A DNA stretch of 35,414 bases. Origin: a virus (Duplodnaviria > Caudoviricetes). The translations under genes and the position numbers were made by a program. Below are positions 32,049-35,414 of this stretch, in pieces. The DNA lies in IMG/VR virus record IMGVR_UViG_3300032290_000948, positions 1 through 35,414 of that record; one strand, given 5' to 3'. Under the pieces are notes generated by a model. That model had not been told where the DNA came from. It searched no databases and was given only the letters and a program-made list of their open reading frames with translations. Every line of letters begins with the position of its first letter. Position 1 is the stretch's first letter.

Positions 32049-34489
32049 TGAACTTCGATTTCGATCAGACCCGGCAGTTTCTTAACGCTCTCAACAAGCC
32101 GCCCGGCACACTCCGCCTTCGCGCCTTCCTGCCATCCGGCCACGCACTCAAGGCCGACGACAAAGGTCGCAAGGGTCCGCCAAACAAGGAAGACATCATC
32201 CGCTGGCAACAGGAAGGCCGCGGCATCTATGCCGTCATCAATGACGGTGGTGACACCGACAAGGAGATCACCCACTGCCGCGCATTTTTCTGCGAGTGGG
32301 ACGATCGCCCCAAGGACTGGCAGATCACCGCATGGCAGGAGCTTGGCTTGCCCGAGCCCACCATTCAGGTCGACACCGGTGGCAAGTCCATCCACAACTA
32401 CTGGGTCCTGTCAGCCCCCATTACCCCTGCGCACTGGGCCGTTATCCAGAAGCGCCTCTTGGAGCACGCCGACGCCGATCGCTCGCTCAAGAACCCCTCC
32501 CGCGTCATGCGGCTGCCGGGCACCTTCCACATCCGTCCCGATGGCACGCCCGGTGCCATGGCCAGCGTTGTCCATGTCAGCGAGAACTACTACGCCGCTG
32601 CCGACATCGAACAATGCCTGCCCAGTGAGTACGTCTACGAGCGCCTGCAACACGCCCGCCAGTTCCGCTACGACAAAACCCACACCGTCGATGAGATCCG
32701 CCAGGCCCTCGGCTTAATCCCGGCGCGGGTGCCCGGTGGTGGCACCTACCCGATGTACCGCAACATCCTCTGGGGCCTGGTCAAGGCCGTCGAGGAGGCT
32801 GGCGGCACTGCGGACACCGCCATCGCAATGATGGAGGCCCACTCCCCGCAGTGGACCGGTATCCGCCAGGTGGCTGGCTCCGGTGGCGCAAACGTTACGG
32901 CCGCCAGCTTCTGGTACTGGGCAAAGGAGCACGGCTGGGCGCGGACCATCGATACAACTGCGGTGCAGGTGCCCTCCTCGCAGCCGCAGCGACCCACCCC
33001 TGAGATCGTCGATGACCTGGTGCCTGCCACCAAGGCCATGCCAACACGTGCATCCGAGCCCGAAGGTGGCATCCCCCTCGACTCCAAGAACTCTGACTAC
33101 CTCACCGCTGCCCTCGGTGAGATTTTTCAGCTCAAGGACTCCCAGTGGATCTGCGTCGACGGCATCCTCCACCAGTGGCGTGACACTCACTACGAGGCCG
33201 TCCCCGACGACGAGCTCACCCCGCAGGTGGCTGACTACCTCTCGCGTCTCTACTACCACGACAAGACCGAGATTATTCACCACTGGGCCAAACCCAAATT
33301 CGTCAACGAAGTCCTCTCCTGGTTCCGTCAGCGCCTCGGCAACACTCCAGCCAACCCTCAGAACTCGATCAACTGCCGCAACGGTGTCATCACCTGGGAC
33401 TGGAACGATCGCGACGAGCTGCGCATTGATTTCTCAGAGCACTCCCCCTCCTTCCCCTTCACCTACGTCACCGACTTCGACTACGACCCCAAGGCCAACC
33501 CCGAGCACATGTGGAAGCTGCTGGCGGCCGTCGAACCCGACGACCTCGACACCATGCAGCGGATCCTCGGCTCATCGCTCGACCTGCGCCGCTATCGCGC
33601 TGTCCGTGGTCGCCCTCGAGCCATGCTGATGATCGGCTCCGGCTCCAACGGCAAGGACACCATCCGCACCGCCCTGCGCGACACCCTGGGTGCCCGCAAC
33701 TTCGCATCCTGCACACTCGCTGATTTCAGGCAGTACGACCAGGGCCGCAAGTTTCCCCTCGCGCCATTGCGCGATGCTTCCATCAACTGGTCATCAGAGA
33801 ACAGCCAATTTGTTCACATCGATGGCCTGCAGGCGCTTAAAGGTGCCATTTCTGGTGAGGAGTTGGCATGGGAAGTCAAGGGCGTTCAGGAGTCCAACTT
33901 CGTGCCCTCCTGTCAGTTCGTTTTCAACCTCAATAAAGAGCCCTCGTTGACCGGTGAGCAGGCTGCAATCGAGACTCGTTTTCATGTCTTTCAGTTCAAG
34001 AAAACCTTCGTCGCCAACCCCAGCAAACCTCACCACGTTCAGGCTGATCCCCGCCTGAAGGATGACCCGGCATTCATCTCACGCCACATCTGCCCGGCCT
34101 TCCTCAACTGGCTCCTCGAGGGCCTGAAGCTGTCGGTGGAGCACGGTATCAACTACGACAGCGGCCGCGAAGCCATGCGGGCCGTCCGTCGCAAGGGAAG
34201 TCACCTTTGGGATTTCTGCGACGACGTGGGCCTTTCCTGGAAGGAGGACTCGCAGGTGCCGCTGCTGACAGTCTGGAACCGCCTGACCTCGTGGTACGAG
34301 ACCGAGGGCTTTAAGGACGCCAACGGTCGGTGGCTGATCGATCCGAGCGGCGATCCGCCGGTGAAGGCCATCAGGCTGCTGTCGCACCGCCTGCAGGCGA
34401 TCTTCCCCGAGCTGCGCATCGAGCGGAAGACCGAGACGCGTGGGGCCATGCTGATCGGGCTCGATTTGCCCCCCAGCCTGAAATGGTGA
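32048..34489 (+). CDS. Primase-helicase (RepB'-like primase + PriCT-like domain + D5-type SF3 helicase)
   Basis: RAFF.EWDD, TGGKS.H.YW, KNPSRVMRLPG; INC.NG; GSGSNGKDT Walker A; KGAISGE. Confidence 0.9.
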   Translation: MNFDFDQTRQFLNALNKPPGTLRLRAFLPSGHALKADDKGRKGPPNKEDIIRWQQEGRGIYAVINDGGDTDKEITHCRAFFCEWDDRPKDWQITAWQELGLPEPTIQVDTGGKSIHNYWVLSAPITPAHWAVIQKRLLEHADADRSLKNPSRVMRLPGTFHIRPDGTPGAMASVVHVSENYYAAADIEQCLPSEYVYERLQHARQFRYDKTHTVDEIRQALGLIPARVPGGGTYPMYRNILWGLVKAVEEAGGTADTAIAMMEAHSPQWTGIRQVAGSGGANVTAASFWYWAKEHGWARTIDTTAVQVPSSQPQRPTPEIVDDLVPATKAMPTRASEPEGGIPLDSKNSDYLTAALGEIFQLKDSQWICVDGILHQWRDTHYEAVPDDELTPQVADYLSRLYYHDKTEIIHHWAKPKFVNEVLSWFRQRLGNTPANPQNSINCRNGVITWDWNDRDELRIDFSEHSPSFPFTYVTDFDYDPKANPEHMWKLLAAVEPDDLDTMQRILGSSLDLRRYRAVRGRPRAMLMIGSGSNGKDTIRTALRDTLGARNFASCTLADFRQYDQGRKFPLAPLRDASINWSSENSQFVHIDGLQALKGAISGEELAWEVKGVQESNFVPSCQFVFNLNKEPSLTGEQAAIETRFHVFQFKKTFVANPSKPHHVQADPRLKDDPAFISRHICPAFLNWLLEGLKLSVEHGINYDSGREAMRAVRRKGSHLWDFCDDVGLSWKEDSQVPLLTVWNRLTSWYETEGFKDANGRWLIDPSGDPPVKAIRLLSHRLQAIFPELRIERKTETRGAMLIGLDLPPSLKW

Positions 34490-34506
34490 GATCCCTGTCG
34501 TGGTCC

Positions 34507-34750
34507 GGATCCAAGCCATTTCCGGACCCAAATCTGGACCCTAAACGGATCCAAGTGGAGCCCAAAACCCTTGCTATCTCTACTTGGACCCTAATTCCCC
34601 TATATCCAAGAGAAGTAAAAAAATAAGGGGGTAAAAGAGGGGGTATATAGGGGCCTATATAGGGGCTGGTATACGGATCTGACCCGTTTTGCCTCAGTCT
34701 AGTGTTTGCAAGGGTTTTGGGCTCCCTTTGCCTCTGCCGTTGCCTCTAAA
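34507..34750. repeat. Iteron-like repeat cluster, candidate replication origin
   Basis: GGA(T/C)CC(A/T)A x5, TATATAGGGGC x2 plus an inverted copy, an A-tract and TTGCCTC x3, directly after the primase-helicase. Confidence 0.6.
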
Positions 34751-34788
34751 CCCTTGGTACGATTGGGTTCTTGCCTTCCTGACCTCAA

Positions 34789-34998
34789 ATGGCCCGCGAA
34801 TCTGAAGCTGCTCGGCTTGCATCGTCACCAACCAGCTGGCCCGTCCTGGCCCGTGGAGCGGCCTGCAAGGTCTTCATGGGCTCTGGATGGGCCTCAGGCA
34901 CCTGGCAGGGCGTACAGGGGCACAGAGCGGCCGTCTGGCTGGGCCGGGAGCAGCGGACGGTGTACGTGGGGGATGCGCGGAACGTCAGGGCGGCGTAG
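34789..34998 (+). CDS. Small hypothetical protein
   Basis: G..CKVFMG.GW..G......V.L......VYV.D.RNV; TACGAT -10-like box at 34758. Confidence 0.55.
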   Translation: MARESEAARLASSPTSWPVLARGAACKVFMGSGWASGTWQGVQGHRAAVWLGREQRTVYVGDARNVRAA

Positions 34999-35043
34999 AA
35001 TGCCCTTGCCCCGGTCGACGGTGGGGTTTTGTAGGAGGCGCCA

Positions 35044-35414
35044 GTGGCGATCACGTTCTCCGGCAGCGGCAATTGGCGCGAAGGCTCGATCACCCTTGAC
35101 GCGGATCAGGTGGTCAAGAACCTGGACATCATCCGCAGGGTGCAAATGCCGTTCGTGATGAGCTACGCGCTCAACCGGCTGGGGCCTGTGCTGCAGGCAG
35201 CGCACCGGGACGAGATGCAGCGGGTGTTCAGGAATCCGGTGCCGTTCACGCTGAGCTCGATCTTTTACACCAGAGCTGACAAGCAAAAGCTCTACAGCTA
35301 TATCGGCGTCAAAGAATTTGGAGCCAAGGGCAACCCGGCCTCAAAGTATCTTTATCCGCAGGTTCGTGAGCCTGGCGGCAGTGGATCGAAGCAGGTTTAC
35401 GACACGCGCTTCAC
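35044..35414 (+). CDS. Late gene, lambda gpZ / neck-completion-like protein (3' truncated); not in ORF track
   Basis: Translated by hand from GTG after AGGAGG: Q.PF....ALN......M..VF..P.PFT.......A.K..L......YL.PQV; open to the window end. Confidence 0.6.
   Translation, partial: MAITFSGSGNWREGSITLDADQVVKNLDIIRRVQMPFVMSYALNRLGPVLQAAHRDEMQRVFRNPVPFTLSSIFYTRADKQKLYSYIGVKEFGAKGNPASKYLYPQVREPGGSGSKQVYDTRF

Noticed and set aside
34500-34750. CRISPR or mini-array
   Set aside because: Repeats are 8-11 bp, degenerate and irregularly spaced, with no spacer-sized unique intervals
35008-35031. Terminator-like GCCCC...GGGGTTTT
   Set aside because: The stem is only about 5-6 bp with a large loop and lies just after a -10-like box, before an RBS; too weak to call
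1-35414. Photosynthesis AMGs, DNA-modification clusters, alternative genetic code
   Set aside because: No such genes recognised; TAG, TAA and TGA all terminate well-defined genes

Overview
This is 35.4 kb of a GC-rich, lambda-like temperate siphophage genome with no host genes. Gene content resembles picocyanobacterial (Synechococcus/Cyanobium-type) siphoviruses; this is recognition from memory, not a search result. The order is: tail module (tape measure end, M/L/K/J-like tip, two tube-fold genes, two fibres; 1-11.6 kb), then a lysis module with two endolysins (11.9-13.7 kb), dcd and thyX, a tyrosine integrase with an intact attP (3' half of tRNA-Lys(UUU) flanked by 11-bp arm-type repeats), an HNH gene and a highly structured 140-nt intergenic element. 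Next comes an 11-kb leftward, translationally coupled early operon (RecE/RecT-like pair, Xis, SSB, dNMP kinase, an RNA polymerase alpha-CTD-like protein and many small genes). The window ends with a rightward replication module (SF2 helicase, HNH-AP2, VRR-NUC, RHH, primase-SF3 helicase, iteron-like repeats) and the start of a late gene. Best candidates for novelty: (1) small genes built combinatorially from shared modules with 16-33-bp DNA microhomologies next to a RecET system; (2) a multi-hairpin, possibly pseudoknotted RNA at 17.29-17.43 kb; (3) an attP that looks non-cyanobacterial in a cyanophage-like genome; (4) a stand-alone alpha-CTD mimic. All assignments come from reading motifs by eye; no searches were run.
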